From: Pocillopora damicornis
Taxonomy: Eukaryota
DNA: 64,000 nt
Assembly: GCF_003704095.1 (NCBI RefSeq)
Contig: NW_020845694.1
Coordinates: 620,001-684,000, forward strand
Reading direction: 5' to 3'
Shown: positions 1-13,315 of the stretch, piece after piece
Numbering within the stretch: the first letter of the stretch is position 1
Layout: each line of letters starts with the position of its first letter
The notes under the pieces: generated by a model
What the model was told of the DNA's origin: nothing
Seen by the model: the letters and a program-made list of their open reading frames with translations, nothing else
Databases searched by the model: none
Translations under genes and position numbers: made by a program

Positions 1-608
1 TCCAGAAAACTTTGCATCACTTTCTCAATCATCAAAAGTAAACACAATACCAATTGCAACCTGGTCACCTAGGTTTTCTTAGGTGGTAAGTGTTTTTTTT
101 TTCTTCAAATTTGAGTTCTCTTTGTTATACTTTTCTTCATTCAGATTGGACATTGTGATTTGTTTGATTTAAATCTTGTGACACAGAATCGAAAAAAGTG
201 CACCATCATCTTAACCTTGATATTTTCTTGCAATTCATTCTATAAATTTAAAAAGCTGTTTTTTAGCATTTGGTTGGATTTTTAAGAAAGGACTGGATAG
301 GAGTAACCTGCACTCATTCACTTTGTTGAAGGGCTAACACTCAGAACCTCAACTTTGAAACTCTTTACAGTGGCTAGTTTACATTGTCAACTCAATTGAT
401 AATACTTAGTTACCCTGTTATACTCTTCTGCCGACACAGCACCACAGTTTTTTTCAGAATTTTATTCCCTTTAAACTTCAACAAGTTTTGCTAGTAATGC
501 TCTCCTTTACTGAACTTTGTAAACAGCTAAATGGCCTTCAAATGTTTAATTCTAGATTTTTGGTTTTTATTCAATCATCACTAACAAGTTTTTCTTATAT
601 CCCCATAG

Positions 609-1653
609 TGAACAGCATAGCATTGGTTAAACCTGAAAAGGCAAAAATGATGGAAAGTATGCTAATCCAAATGGCTAGGTCAGGGCAGATAGCTGGAAAG
701 GTAACATTAGATAACTAATAGTTATATGTGTATGTTGTTTTTAAATCAATAATACAATAAACTCCTTCCATTGGGTTTGGACATGAAATTCTGGGAAACT
801 GAGGTCAGCTTTATAATTTAACACATTGGCACATTGAGTGTAACGCTTGCCTATCCAAAAGTTAAAATTTTGGAGGAACTGGAAAAATTTTTATTAGTCG
901 TCTTTTCTGCAAAACAAGTTCTAGTGAAAGAAAACTATGTAAATAACTTATTTTCAAGGAAAAAAGCTATTGATGCTTGTGAAAGCCATTTTTTCCAGAA
1001 AAAATTTTTTTCAACCTGCATTTATTTCTGTGACAAAAAATTGTGTTTCAGTTATCAGAGTCCCAATTGGTGAGTCTACTCCAGGAAGTTAGTGAGCGAA
1101 CCCAAAAGAAAACCACAGTCAAGGTAGCAAATCAGTTTTACATTCCACACTTTTTAATCCTTTACACCCTGACACCAGTACACATATTCTCTGTACTGTT
1201 CGCTATACATTTCCTAAGGTGCTGACATGGAGAATTTGTTTAATAATCAAGTGTTCCTTCACACAAGCACAGTGTTTCTTAAGTTGGCAATCATTTCCTT
1301 TATTCTTGTGTCCTTAATGCATCATTCAGGGATGATATAATGAGGAGAAATTAGATGGTAGTCACTCTTCCGGGTCAAAAGGTTAAAACATGGATATTTA
1401 GGTTACTTGTAGGTGCACCGCTGACATATTTTTCCAATTTTTTTATATGAGTCAGTCAGTACAAATACATGTAGCTGTCTGTAGAGAAACTTTCCCTTTC
1501 AATCAAATCACACATACTTGACACTCTTAGATGCAAATTTTTGCATTACCACTAACAGATATCAATTCAGTATAACTTCACATTTTAAAGTTAATTTTAC
1601 CTAACAATTAGTTCAATAGGAAGCGCCTTGATGATTCAGATGATGATGATTAA
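609..1653 (+). CDS. PDCD5: Programmed cell death protein 5, last three coding exons (609-700, 1052-1123, 1612-1653); 5' exons lie upstream of the window
   Basis: GT-AG exons translate to (L)NSIALVKPEKAKMMESMLIQMARSGQIAGK / LSESQLVSLLQEVSERTQKKTTVK / FNRKRLDDSDDDD*, the recognisable PDCD5 C-terminal half; phases are compatible. Confidence 0.95.
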
Positions 1654-1868
1654 TTTTAATTGAATCCCGAGTTGAAACCACTAGAGGTAAGTGACATATT
1701 TTTTTTCTGAGAATGGTCAAGTCTCTGAAATGAATGTATCATTATGCTCAAAGTATCACAGCTAATGCAATATTCACAGTAAAGCTTGAACATGTATATC
1801 AAACTATTTTCTTACCAGAAGGTTTCAAGCTGTTTATGGTAATGTCTATCCACTTCCAATCTAGAACT

Positions 1869-2020
1869 ATTAACCTTTCACTCTCAAGATCTAATTAGTA
1901 ATCAGCTAATAATCCCATAACTGATATTCTTCTCTATTCTCATCACCTGCCTGCTTGATATTGTATTGATATTGTAAGGAGAAATTTTGTCTTGGTCACT
2001 TGTGGGAGTGAAAGGGTAAA
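1869..2020. mobile_element. piggyBac-type (TTAA) MITE copy
   Basis: TTAACCTTTCACTCTC...GGGAGTGAAAGGGTAA termini; same family as 58005-58211. Confidence 0.5.
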
Positions 2021-4450
2021 TACAGAATTTTTATTACCTGAGCCCTATCAAAAATCTAGTTTTTTTCTTACTCTTTGTTGCTGATTTTCATTCAGTTAAT
2101 CCTTTCAACCCAAGATCTCCTAAATGATTCTCCTCACTATTTGTCATACAATTTTTATGATGTTGGTTCAGAGAATTTGGTGTTGGACCAACAAGTAATC
2201 CCCTAAGTGATATTTTTTTATTGTAAGGAGAAATGCTGTCCTAATCACTCATGGGAGTTCAAGGTTTAAATCTGGTTTGACTAAACATGTTTAGCTGGTG
2301 TGAATGGGGTAACAGAGTGTTTTAGGGCTTGAAATGTATTTTTACAATCATTTCTTTTTCTTCGTCATTGGGTTGCAATTTTTTGGTGTGTGATATTACG
2401 TCCATGAAATTTGTGGATGGTTTCCTTCTCTTGAAAAGTGGAATGGAACATTTTAATGCATTGTCCATACATTATCCTCAAGAGTTTTTTCTAATTTGCT
2501 AACAATGTCAAACTAAGCTCAGCTTATAAAAGAGTAACTGTGTGCAAACTTATTACTCCAAGCCACCTTGAATTATTAAAAATTATGGTTGTAAAAAAAA
2601 AAGTAACAAACAGGGTGCTGTTTTTAATGCTCTGAATTCAAAATCATCCTCTTCAAGACCAAAAAAAAATTCATAGTCAAAGATAATAACAATATATTTT
2701 TCTTCTTACTTCTTACATAGAATAGCACAATAGCACAATAATGAAAGCTATGATACCTTGAATGGTGCTGACTTGGAATCTGACAAGGAATTATCAAGAG
2801 GAGATTGAACTTTACCAGAATCTCACTGACAGATTTAAGCTGTTCAGTTGAGCTTGTCTTCTTATATGTAAAACCTAAGAGATATTTGTTTATTGCTTGT
2901 GTGTGAGAAAATACTACATAGAATTTAGAACTGAAGAATGTTGATGTCAAAAGCTTTGCAGATGGGATGTGTTTGCTCAGTTAGTTTGTAAGGTGTGATG
3001 ATATTAATAAGCCAAATGGTGATGTGGATGTTTTTTATGGCATTCTGATCATCTTTTAAGTACAGATATTCTGTACTTAAGTATCTTCTATTAAGTACAG
3101 ATAGTACTAGTGCAAAGGTGTTTTTTAATTTATTATGTATGGTTTTTTCCTTATCTTGCTGAGAAATGTTTCGTTTTGAATTACTATAACTCATTCTTAG
3201 TTCTGTTTTACAGGAGGTAAATTTTCTGGCCATCTCTACTTTCATAGTTTTATTTTTATTTGTTTGCCTGATTGTCACCCTTCTGTGTATATTTGATGAT
3301 AAGTGGTTGGAAAACAAAGATTTTCCAGCTTAGAACTTCATTCTAACCTGTATTTAGCGGCACCGTATTGGCGGTCACCCTGTATTAAGCGGTCGGTTTT
3401 CAAAGAAAATTTCCCCCAAGTACTGTAACTTTCACCTTTACTAAGCGGTCACCTTTATTAAGCGGTCGCGGTTACCCTTGACTGAACCCAACAGCCTGTT
3501 TGTACTGTCTTCACCTTTATTGAACGGTCACTTAGGCGGAAATACTTACATAAACTATAAATAAACTTATTTAGGGGGTAAGTTTCTAAAGAAAATGTGG
3601 TGCTTCGTTGGTGAGAGAGTATAACAGGATTATTTAGAATTATCAACGAGTTAATATCGTAAATTGGCCACCGTAAAGAGTTTACAAGCTGACGCTTCGA
3701 GCGTCAGCCCTTCGTCAGAGCGAAACTAATTATTTAGAGCCTCGATTACCTATGACTTGATATTTATCGTAACTCGCTTGTCATTTTAATCAATTTCCCC
3801 CTTAAATAGCCACTTTCGATTAGTAATCTATCTGTCTTTATCTCTCTTTTGAATTAGAAAAAAAAATAAAATACATTTATGGAGCGCCATACCCCGCTAA
3901 TTGTTATGACACTCTACAATAAGGAAGCTATTTACACTGCATTATTCAATGCTGTTCAAACTAAATGTTATGAAAATTGCATATCAAATGTTAAGCGACC
4001 TATCACGAAATAATATGTAACATTTCTGGTTTTCCAGTGTGATATTAACCTTGAAAACCCCGCACACACAAATGCAGGTGTAAACTAGCGAGGAACTTTC
4101 GACTTACTTCCGCTGTAGCAAATTGAGCAAATTTTGACCTAAAATATTGACCGATGTTTCTAGATTTCTAACACTGCAACATTTGCCTCGCCGATTTTTA
4201 TGTCAGGTCTAAAGGAAAAAACATTTAGAACCAGTGTCTCTAGATCTCTCAAGGCTCAGAATATCTGTTATGTGTTTACCTCGAAATTCACAAATTCACA
4301 ACGTTTCTTTATTGCTTCCTCTTGATGCATTCCGCACCGTTAATTTTATCATTTTTTTTGCCGGTCTTGAATCAGAAGTTAACGATTGACTATTACATTT
4401 AAAGTTAGTTCGTATCTCAAGCCTTGATACTCTCTATATCGACCGAATTA

Positions 4451-5350
4451 TCATGAGCAATGGAGAGTCTTTCGGCATATTAGAGCGTAAGCATCCCGGA
4501 AGTCACGAATCCTTGCACTGTAGATGATGAAGTTCATGGCTGAATTTGAAAGTGCCAAGGATCGGATCCACATGTAAGCAGTGCCATACATCTTAACAAG
4601 GGATTTACCAGCAGCAAAGAACACGACAATCATCGGCAGCCAACATGCGGTGAAGATAGCTATTACCACTGCCAGTGTGGACGCCACGCGGCGCTCGATT
4701 TTGGAATTAACGACTACTGTGGGTCGTGCTCTGAGTTTATTTTTTCTTCGCTTTTCTTTAACAAGAAAAGTCACGATGGTCGCGTAGCAGATAATTATCA
4801 ACCCATAGCTTATTACAAACATTACGAAGACTAGATAAGATGTCTCCTTAAGGAATGGAATGCGGCATGAAGCGAAAATGATAGATACGACCCAGACAAC
4901 TCCTAACATGATCTTCAAACCAGAACCGTTCATGATCCGTCCATGGCGAAGAGGGTAGACAACGGCAAGGAAACGGTCCACACTAATGGCTGCCAGGTGC
5001 ATGACTGATGCAGAGCACGAGAGGTTTGAGCCGATAACGTAAGCAAGCTCCAAGCTGGATGCACAATCATGGGAAAACGCTCTCTTAGCGACTATAGCAG
5101 CTACCAAAGGCTCGCAGATCATTGTCACTACCAAATCAGCAATGGCCAGGCTGAGAAGAAGGAAGTTGGAGCTGCGACGAAGACGAGTGCTCGTGAGCAC
5201 CGCAATACAAACCATAATGTTTCCACAGGTTCCGACCACGGCTGCTATAGAATTAACTATCATAAGAAGCACGCCATGCGTCTGCGGAAGGACGCAATCG
5301 TCTGCGGAGTCAATTGAAGTATTCGCGCTGTATTCCGAGGAAATATTCAT
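4451..5350 (-). CDS. Class A (rhodopsin-like) GPCR, subtype A copy 1, intronless CDS, 299 aa
   Basis: Seven hydrophobic segments; GN (TM1), SLAIADL (TM2), DRF (TM3), CWLP (TM6), NSAMNFIIY (TM7); splice acceptor tttgtttccAG just 5' of the ATG. Confidence 0.95.
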   Translation of the reverse strand: MNISSEYSANTSIDSADDCVLPQTHGVLLMIVNSIAAVVGTCGNIMVCIAVLTSTRLRRSSNFLLLSLAIADLVVTMICEPLVAAIVAKRAFSHDCASSLELAYVIGSNLSCSASVMHLAAISVDRFLAVVYPLRHGRIMNGSGLKIMLGVVWVVSIIFASCRIPFLKETSYLVFVMFVISYGLIIICYATIVTFLVKEKRRKNKLRARPTVVVNSKIERRVASTLAVVIAIFTACWLPMIVVFFAAGKSLVKMYGTAYMWIRSLALSNSAMNFIIYSARIRDFRDAYALICRKTLHCS

Positions 5351-7362
5351 TATTGATTAATTCTGGAAACAAAGCAAAGCTGAAGCAAAGCAAAACCGCT
5401 GTTTTACCTCCTCAAGAGCCAAGAAATTATGGCGTGATTCCCAATTGTTTGTCTGAACTACAGATTCTGTCGAGATATCTGAATATGTTCTGCGCGCGTC
5501 AAGGGAATAACAGATATTGGAGTTTCAGTGGTTTCACTTTTGCATTTCATATACAATCTTGCCAGTACACGAACCGTGACGTAAACAATGATCTATACTC
5601 TCAGAAAGGCAGGAATCTATTGTTTTGATCTTGAAAATCACGAGTGACCTTTTCAGTAAGAAGTAGGCGGAGGCAGGAGTAGGGGAGGGGGACTGGGTTG
5701 GGAGGGGACAGGGACTGAGGTGGGAGGGAAGGGTGACTGGGGTGGGTTAGCACTCCTGGTGGTATCCTATGACAATGCTGGATCAATCTAGTCTTCGAAT
5801 ACACGAGACAAATCAAGAAATTGGAAGTTCCTACCATTTCAATTGTCTTTTGGTAGGTGTTTCATCGGATCAGAGTGGAGTTCCGTGAGAGAATCAAGCA
5901 GAGTAATTTGATATTTTCGCCTCACGACTGGAAGGTCATTGGTCACCAAAAACGTGATGTTAGTATTTTAAGCCTCCTAGACAACATAAATATTTCCAGT
6001 ATTGTACATAGTTCAAGTGAATGAGCTTTTTCTGGTAAGAGGTAAAAACCCTGCTTCTCCTTAGCGGCCCTCCGCTTAAAAATGAAAAGACAATTCAAGG
6101 AAAAGTTCCATTTTGGCCATTTCTGAGAGTGAGAGGATCCAACGTAAGAGCGAATGGTTCGATGACGAAGGCCCAGAGCTTGGCCGCTCTTTACGGTAGC
6201 CAATTTACACTTCCAATTGCAGGGTCGCCTGCCTTATCAACATGATTAAAAGGTTGTCATGTTTGGTAGCGAATTTCATTCGTTGTAGCGAACTCTGGAA
6301 AAAACATATCAAGTGTTGTTTCACTTCAAGCCTGGTCAAAGCTGTAGTTTTTTTTAAATAAATGGTATTAACGTCAATCTACCTTCGTCGAGCAATCAAA
6401 AGTGGTACTCACGTGACAGGGTAATGTCACATACACGGTCCTCCCTCGACAAGGCAAAAAAAATTAATTGTCAAAGATGGCAACAATTTATTTTCCTTCC
6501 TATATCTTACATAGAACTGCAAAAGCACAACAATGAAAGCCATGATACCTTGTGTGACACTCTCTTGAAATCCGACAAGGAATGATCAAGAGGAGATTGA
6601 ACTTTACCAGAATCTCACTGATAGAAAAGCTGTTCAGTTGAACTTGTCATCTTATACGAAGGACCTAACAGATATTTGTTTATTGCTTGCGTGTAAGAAA
6701 ACACTACAAAGGATTTAGAACTGAAGACTGTTGATGTTAATATCTTTGCAGATAGGATGTTTCAGCTCAGTTCTTTTGTAAGATGTAATGATATTAATAA
6801 ACCAAATGACGATATGGATGTTTTTTATGGCACTCTGGTCATCTTTTAAGTACAGATATTCTGAAGACAAGTGCAAAGATGTTTTTTTAATTCAATATAT
6901 ATGGTTTTTTCCTTATCTTACTGAGAATGTTTTGTTTTGAATTACTATAACTTTTTCTTAGTTCTGTTTTACAGGAAGTAAGTTTTCGGGCCATCTCCAC
7001 ATTCACAGTTTTAATATTATTTGTTTGCATATTTGTCACCCTCCTGTCTATTTTTGATGATAAGTGGTTGGGAAACAAAGAATTTCCAGCTTAGAACTTT
7101 ATTCGAACCTGTATTTAGCGGCACTATATCACGCAATTACCCTGTATTTAGCGGTCGGTTTTCAAGGAAAATTTTTGGCTTTTTCCCTCAAGTACTGTAA
7201 CTTTCACCTCTACTAAGCGGTCATCTCTATTAAGCGGTCGTGGTCACCCATGACTGAACCCAACAGCCTGTTTACACTGTCTTTCACATGTATTGAACGG
7301 TCACTTGAGCGGAAATACTTACACAAACTATGAATAAACTTACTAAGGGAGGTTAGTTTCTG

Positions 7363-7393
<31 letters not shown>

Positions 7394-7617
7394 TATAACA
7401 GGGTAATTTTGTATTATCAAGGAGTTGATAACGTAGATATTTTACAAGCTGACGTTTCGAGCGTTAGCCCTTCGTCAGAGCGAAGCCAATTACTTAAGGC
7501 CTCGATTACCTTTGACCNNNNNNNNNNNNNNNNNNNNNNNNNNNNNNNNNNNNNNNNNNNNNNNNNNNNNNNNNNNNNNNNNNNNNNNNNNNNNNNNNNN
7601 NNNNNNNNNNNNNNNNN

Positions 7618-7717
7618 TCATAAGAAGCACGCCATGCGTCTGCGGAAGGACGCAATCGTCTGTAGATTCACTTGAAGTATTCGCGCTGTATTCCAGTGAA
7701 ATATTCTGTATGTTCAT
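7618..7717 (-). CDS. GPCR subtype A copy 2, N-terminus only (remainder in assembly gap)
   Basis: MNIQNISLEYSANTSSESTDDCVLPQTHGVLLM matches copies 1 and 3; 100-N gap follows. Confidence 0.75.
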
Positions 7718-10107
7718 TATTGATTAATTCTGGAAACAAAGCAAAGCTGATGCGTAATCCTCTGCTGTTAACTTTCTCAAGAGCCAAGAAATTATGACGG
7801 GATTCCCAATTGTTTGTGTGAACTACTAATTCTGTCGAGATATTGACAGATGTTCTTCGCGCAACAAGGGAATAACAGATATTTTTTCAGTTGTTTCGCT
7901 TTTGCATTCGATATACGATCCTTCCAGTTCATGGACCGTCACGTACACACTGATTTGTATTCCAAGGGAATAACAGATATTTTTTCAGTTGTTTCGCTTT
8001 TGCATTCGANNNNNNNNNNNNNNNNNNNNNNNNNNNNNNNNNNNNNNNNNNNNNNNNNNNNNNNNNNNNNNNNNNNNNNNNNNNNNNNNNNNNNNNNNNN
8101 NNNNNNNNNNNNNNNNNNNNNNNNNNNNNNNNNNNNNNNNNNNNNNNNNNNNNNNGATCGTTCAAATACACGAGATGATATATTAAGACAAATCAAGAAA
8201 TTTGAAGTTCCTACCATTTCAATTGAATTTTGTTTGGTGTTCCATCGGATGACATAATGACAGTGGACAGTGGAGTTCCGTGAGAAAATCTAGCCGAGTA
8301 ATTTGATATTTTCGCCTCGTGACTGGAAGGTTATGGGTCACCAAAAATATTTCCATTATTGTACATAGTTCAAGTGAATGAGCTTTATCCGGTAAAAGCT
8401 AAAAATTCTGCTTCTCCATAGCGGTTCTCCGCTTGAAAACGAAAAGATAATTCAAGGAAAAGTTCCATTTTGGCCATTTCTGAGAGTGAGAGGATCCAAC
8501 GTAAGAGCGAATGGTTCCATGACGGAGGCCTAAAGCTTGAAACGTCAGCTTTAAAAACTCTCTACGGTAGCCAATTTACACTTCCAATTGCAGGGTCGGC
8601 TGCCTTATCAACATAGTTTAAGGGTAGCGAGTTTCATTCGTTGTTGTGAACTCTGGAAAAAAGATATCAAGTGTTGTTTCACTTCAAGCCTGGTCAAAGC
8701 TGTATTTTTTTTTTAATTGATTGATTTCTAAATAATATTAACGTAAATCTACCTTGGTTGAGAAATCAGAGGCGGTGCTCACGTGACAGGGTAATGTCAC
8801 ACACAAGTCCTCCCTCGACAAGACAAAAAAAATTCATTGTCAAAGATGATAACGATTTATCTTTTTTCCGCAACAGCACGATAATGAAAGCTATGATAAC
8901 TTGTGTGGCACTGACTTGAAATCCGACAAGGAATGATCAAGAGGAGACTGAACTTTACCAGAATCTCACTGACAGATTTAAGCTGTTCAGTTGAACTTGT
9001 CTTCTTATACGTAGGACCTAAGAAATATCTTTTTATTGCTTGAGTGTAAGAAAACACAACATAGAATTTAGAATTAAAGAATGTTGATGTCAATACCTTT
9101 GCAGACAGGATGTTTCAGCTCAGTTCTTTTGTAAGATGTAATGATATTAATAAGCCAAATGGTGATATGGATGTCTTTTTATGACATTCTGACCATTTTT
9201 TGAGTACAGTGCAAAGGTGTTTTTTAATTCAATATATATGGTTATTTCTTATCTTATTTAGAATGATTTGTTTTAAATTACTATAACTTATTCTTAGTTC
9301 TGTTTTACCGGAAGTAAGTTTTCTGACCATCTCTACTTTACTATCTCTAGCGGTCGCTTTTCAAAGAAATTTTTCCCTCAAGTACTGTAACTTTCATCTT
9401 AAGCGGTCACCTCTATTAAGCGGTCGTGGTCACCCATGACTGAACCCAACGGCCTGTTTGTACTGTCTTTCATCTGTATTGGACGGTCACTTAAGCGGAA
9501 ATGCTTACATAAACTATCAATAAACTTACTTATGCACGAAAACCACGCAATTTATTTGCTGGTCATTCTATAATAAGCGGTCACCCCACTACTCCCTATG
9601 GGTGGCCGCTTAATAGCTAACCAAAAAATAATTAAATTAAACAATATAAATAAAAGAAAATAGTAGTTGTTGTAGCGATGTTTCGACAGGGACTCGGAAA
9701 AGGATTTGGTACTTTTGATTTAATAGTTCCTGAACCATCTCTTTTTTTTTTTTTTAATTACAAGTAGCTCCAATACTTATTTTTATCCTTTCACTCTCTG
9801 TGGAGGTACCAACTAGTATTTTCACCTTAAAATATCGATCCAAACCGTCAGAGCCTACCCTTAGTCATGAGAGATTTATGAAAGAGAGTAAACCAAATCG
9901 ACATTGAAATATTTGGGGTTAAATGTGCAGAATTTCTTCGACAGACATGTGCTCTGGGCTGAATGTAGCCGAAAATTTTCCAACGCTACTTTTTCCGCTA
10001 ATTATTTAGAGCCTCGACTACCTTTGACCTGATATTTAGCGTAACTTGCTTGACATTTTTATCACTGAATTTTCTTCTGAAATAGCCACCTTCGATCAGT
10101 AATCTGG

Positions 10108-11774
10108 TATGGGCGGCCGTCACCACTAAAATAACAGGCATCTTAAATGGTTTATAATAAGCAGAAATGGTCTAATTGTCTTTTAAGAGATTTATTTAAA
10201 CTTCAAATGGAAGATTCAAACAAGAAATGGTTTGTACAATTCAGAAAATGTGTAGCCATCCCTGATGAACTGATTCAATAAAAACACGAGTGGCCCAGCG
10301 CTGAAACGGTTCAGTGTCGAAATGACAAAGTCAAGTCTTGAATGGATCAGCGTGTTGTGACATTCATTGCTTTGCCAAACGGTCCAACTAACGGTACTTT
10401 GGTTCAGTGACATAACACAAACGGTTCAGAGCAGTGTGAATTGGCAAATAGTTAATTGTGAGCTGCAATGGTTCAGTATCAATCTGCATCAATCTGCTTA
10501 CCGTAAAGTGAAATGGTTTAGCGTAAGCCCAAATAGCTTAGCGTGACGACAACTAGTTTAGTACAAAGCGAAACGTGTTTTACAGCAATTGTTTTACAGC
10601 AATTGGTGTACGCCGTAACCACCAAAATGGATAAGTCAAGTTTGAAATCGAACAGTCTATGTCAGGTCTTACGTCACAACTTGCGTCATTCAGAACGAAT
10701 TTGGCGCGAAATTCGCCAGAATGAGGTATTCACCGCGCCGTCCACCCAAAGTTCAACAAAGGAAGAAATTATTTCTTATTTCCATAGCCTCGTCTACTAG
10801 ACTCAGTGAGCCTTATTCTGGAAAGAATCTTTTTTTTGTGTTTGCCTATTTGAGCTTGTTAGCGAGCAAATTTATATACCCTAATTATCTTGCCGCAATA
10901 TCAGCGAGTTAAGGATATTTCGGATGAAACCGTTTTTATCGAGGTGCTGAACGTTCAGTAGCTTAATAATCAGCTAATGAAAATGAAAGCAAGTTTAAGC
11001 TTATATTTCACCATAATATATTCTCCTATTATTTCTTACCACATATTTTTTTAATCTCCAATTCTTTCAGTTTTTAGCCGCCCGATGATTGTAGTTTCGT
11101 CGTCTTAAAACAATGAATCGCTTTATCACGTTTCTTAGCTAGGGTTATGACTGTCTAGACTGTCAATGTGCTGTCGCGTAAAGTGATGCTTTTTACCTGT
11201 ATTTTCATCATTCCTTTTGTTTCAGATTCTTATTTTATCATGAGACCGTCAAGTTTCCTATAGTTGTGGCTTAACTATGGTAAGAATTCTCCATTTAAAG
11301 TACAGCAGTTTTCACATTGAGAAACTGAAAAGATTAAAATAACAATTTGAAACTGGCTAATAGCAATCACGCTTAAGTGGCTTACGATTAACCATTTGCC
11401 GATAACTTAAGCCATTTCACACTACTCTGAACCGTTTGTGTCATGTCACTGAACCAAAGTACAGTTAGTTGGACGGTTTGGCAAAGCAATGAATGTCACA
11501 GTACGCTGATCTATTCAAGACTTGACTTTGTCATTTGACACTGAACCATTTCAGTTAACTCTGGGCCACGTGCGTTTTTATTGAATCAGTTCAACAAGGG
11601 TGGCTACACAGTTTCTGAATTGTATAAACCATTTTTTGTTTGAACGTTACATTTCACCAAAGGCAACTTGTCCATTTGTATTTTAAATCAATCTCTTAAA
11701 AGATAATTAGACCATTTCTGTTTATTATAAATCATTTATAATGCCTGTAATTTTGGCGGTGACGGCTGCCCATA
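10108..11774. mobile_element. Non-autonomous DNA transposon with long (about 350-400 bp) imperfect terminal inverted arms
   Basis: Left end TATGGGCGGCCGTCACCACTAAAATAACAGGCAT is the imperfect reverse complement of right end ATGCCTGTAATTTTGGCGGTGACGGCTGCCCATA; absent at the paralogous site (about 3829) in the first duplication unit. Confidence 0.88.
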
Positions 11775-12406
11775 TCTATGTTTGTGTCTCTTTTAATTAA
11801 AAAAGAGAAAAAATTAAAATAAATTTATTGAGCGTCATACCCCGCTATTTTTCCGTGACACTCTACGGTAAAATAGCCCTTTTTACACTGCATTATTCAA
11901 TACTGTTTAAACTAACTATAATAAAAATCACTGATCAAATGCTAAGCAACCTATCACGAAACAATATGAAACATTTCTGGTTTTCAGTGTGATATAAACT
12001 TTGAAAACCCCGCACACTCAAATACAGGTGTATTTGAGTAAATCGATATCGATTTACTTCCGCTGTAGCAAATTGGGTCAATTTTTACATAAAATATTGG
12101 GCGATGTTTCTAAATTTCTAATATGGACACTGCGTTAATTGCTTCATTGACATTTATGTTAGCTGAAAAGGAAATACTATATTTAGAACAGGTGTCTCTA
12201 GATCTCTCAAAGCTCTTAATATCTGTTGTCTGTTTACCTCTAAATTTACTTATTCACATCGTTTGTGTTGCATCCTCTTGATTCATTCTACACCGTTAAT
12301 TTTCTCATTGCTTTTTCCGATCTTTACTCAGAAGTTAACGATTGACTATAACATGTACAGTTAGTTCGTATCCCCAGCCTTAATACTCTCTAAAACAACT
12401 GAATTA

Positions 12407-13315
12407 TTACATGCAGTGGAGAGTCTTTCGGCATATCAGGGCGTAAGCATCCCGAAAGTCACGAATCCTTGCACTGTAGATGATGAAGTTCATGGCTGAA
12501 TTTGAAAGTGCTAAGGATCGGATCCACATGTAAGCAGTCCCATACATCTTAACAAGGGATTTACCTGCAGCAAAGAACACGACAATCATCGGCAGCCAAC
12601 ATGCGGTGAAGATAGCTATTACCATTGCTAGTGTAAACGCCACACGGCGCTCGATTTTGGAATTAACAACAACTGTGGGTGGTGCTCTGATTTCATTTTT
12701 TCTTCGCTTTTCTTTGACAAGAAAAGTCACGATGGACGCGTAGCAGATAATTATTAAGCCATAGCTTACAACAAACACCACGAGAACCAGATAAGATGTC
12801 TCCTTGAGGAAGGGAATGCGGCATGAAGCGAAAATGATAGATACGCCCCAGACAACTCCTAACATAATCTTCAAACCGTAACTGTTCATGATCCGTCTGT
12901 GGCGGAGAGGGTAGACAACGGCAAGGAAACGGTCCACACTGATGGCTGCCAGGTGCATGACTGATGCAGAGCACGAGAGGTTTGAGCTGATAACGTAAGC
13001 AAGCTCCAGGCTGGATGCACAATCATGGAGAAACGCTCTCTTAGCGACTATAGCAGCTACCAAAGGCTCGCAGATCATCGTCACTACCAAATCAGCAATG
13101 GCCAGACTGAGAAGAAGGAAGTTGGAGCTGCGACGAAGACGAGTGCTCGTGAGTACCGCAATACAAACCATAATGTTTCCACAGGTTCCGACCACGGCTG
13201 CTATAGAATTAACTATCATAAGAAGCACGCCATGCGTCTGTGGAAGGACGCAATCGTCTGTGGAGTTAATTGAAGTATTCGCGCTGTATTCCAATGAAGT
13301 ATTCTGTATATTCAT
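12407..13315 (-). CDS. Class A GPCR, subtype A copy 3, intronless CDS (ATG at 13315, about 302 aa)
   Basis: Highly similar to 4451-5350 with the same motifs; the ORF-track TTG start lies in the upstream splice acceptor. Confidence 0.95.
   Translation of the reverse strand: MNIQNTSLEYSANTSINSTDDCVLPQTHGVLLMIVNSIAAVVGTCGNIMVCIAVLTSTRLRRSSNFLLLSLAIADLVVTMICEPLVAAIVAKRAFLHDCASSLELAYVISSNLSCSASVMHLAAISVDRFLAVVYPLRHRRIMNSYGLKIMLGVVWGVSIIFASCRIPFLKETSYLVLVVFVVSYGLIIICYASIVTFLVKEKRRKNEIRAPPTVVVNSKIERRVAFTLAMVIAIFTACWLPMIVVFFAAGKSLVKMYGTAYMWIRSLALSNSAMNFIIYSARIRDFRDAYALICRKTLHCM

Larger units (their letters stand above)
2660..9620. repeat. Tandem segmental duplication units (about 2660-3780, 6450-7517, 8820-9620) that accompany each type-A GPCR copy
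   Basis: Near-identical blocks (e.g. GACAAGGAAT..CAAGAGGAGA.TGAACTTTACCAGAATCTCACTGA; TAAGCGGTC-rich segment) recur near 2780, 6575 and 8925. Confidence 0.9.

Noticed and set aside
2624-3317. Minus-strand ORFs repeated at 6887 and 8857
   Set aside because: Frames and stops differ among the duplicated units; no protein-like motifs; likely UTR or intergenic
4581-5360. Plus-strand ORFs overlapping the GPCRs (also 13025-13325, 26352-27438)
   Set aside because: Antisense shadows of hydrophobic coding sequence; their recurrence is explained by the gene duplication
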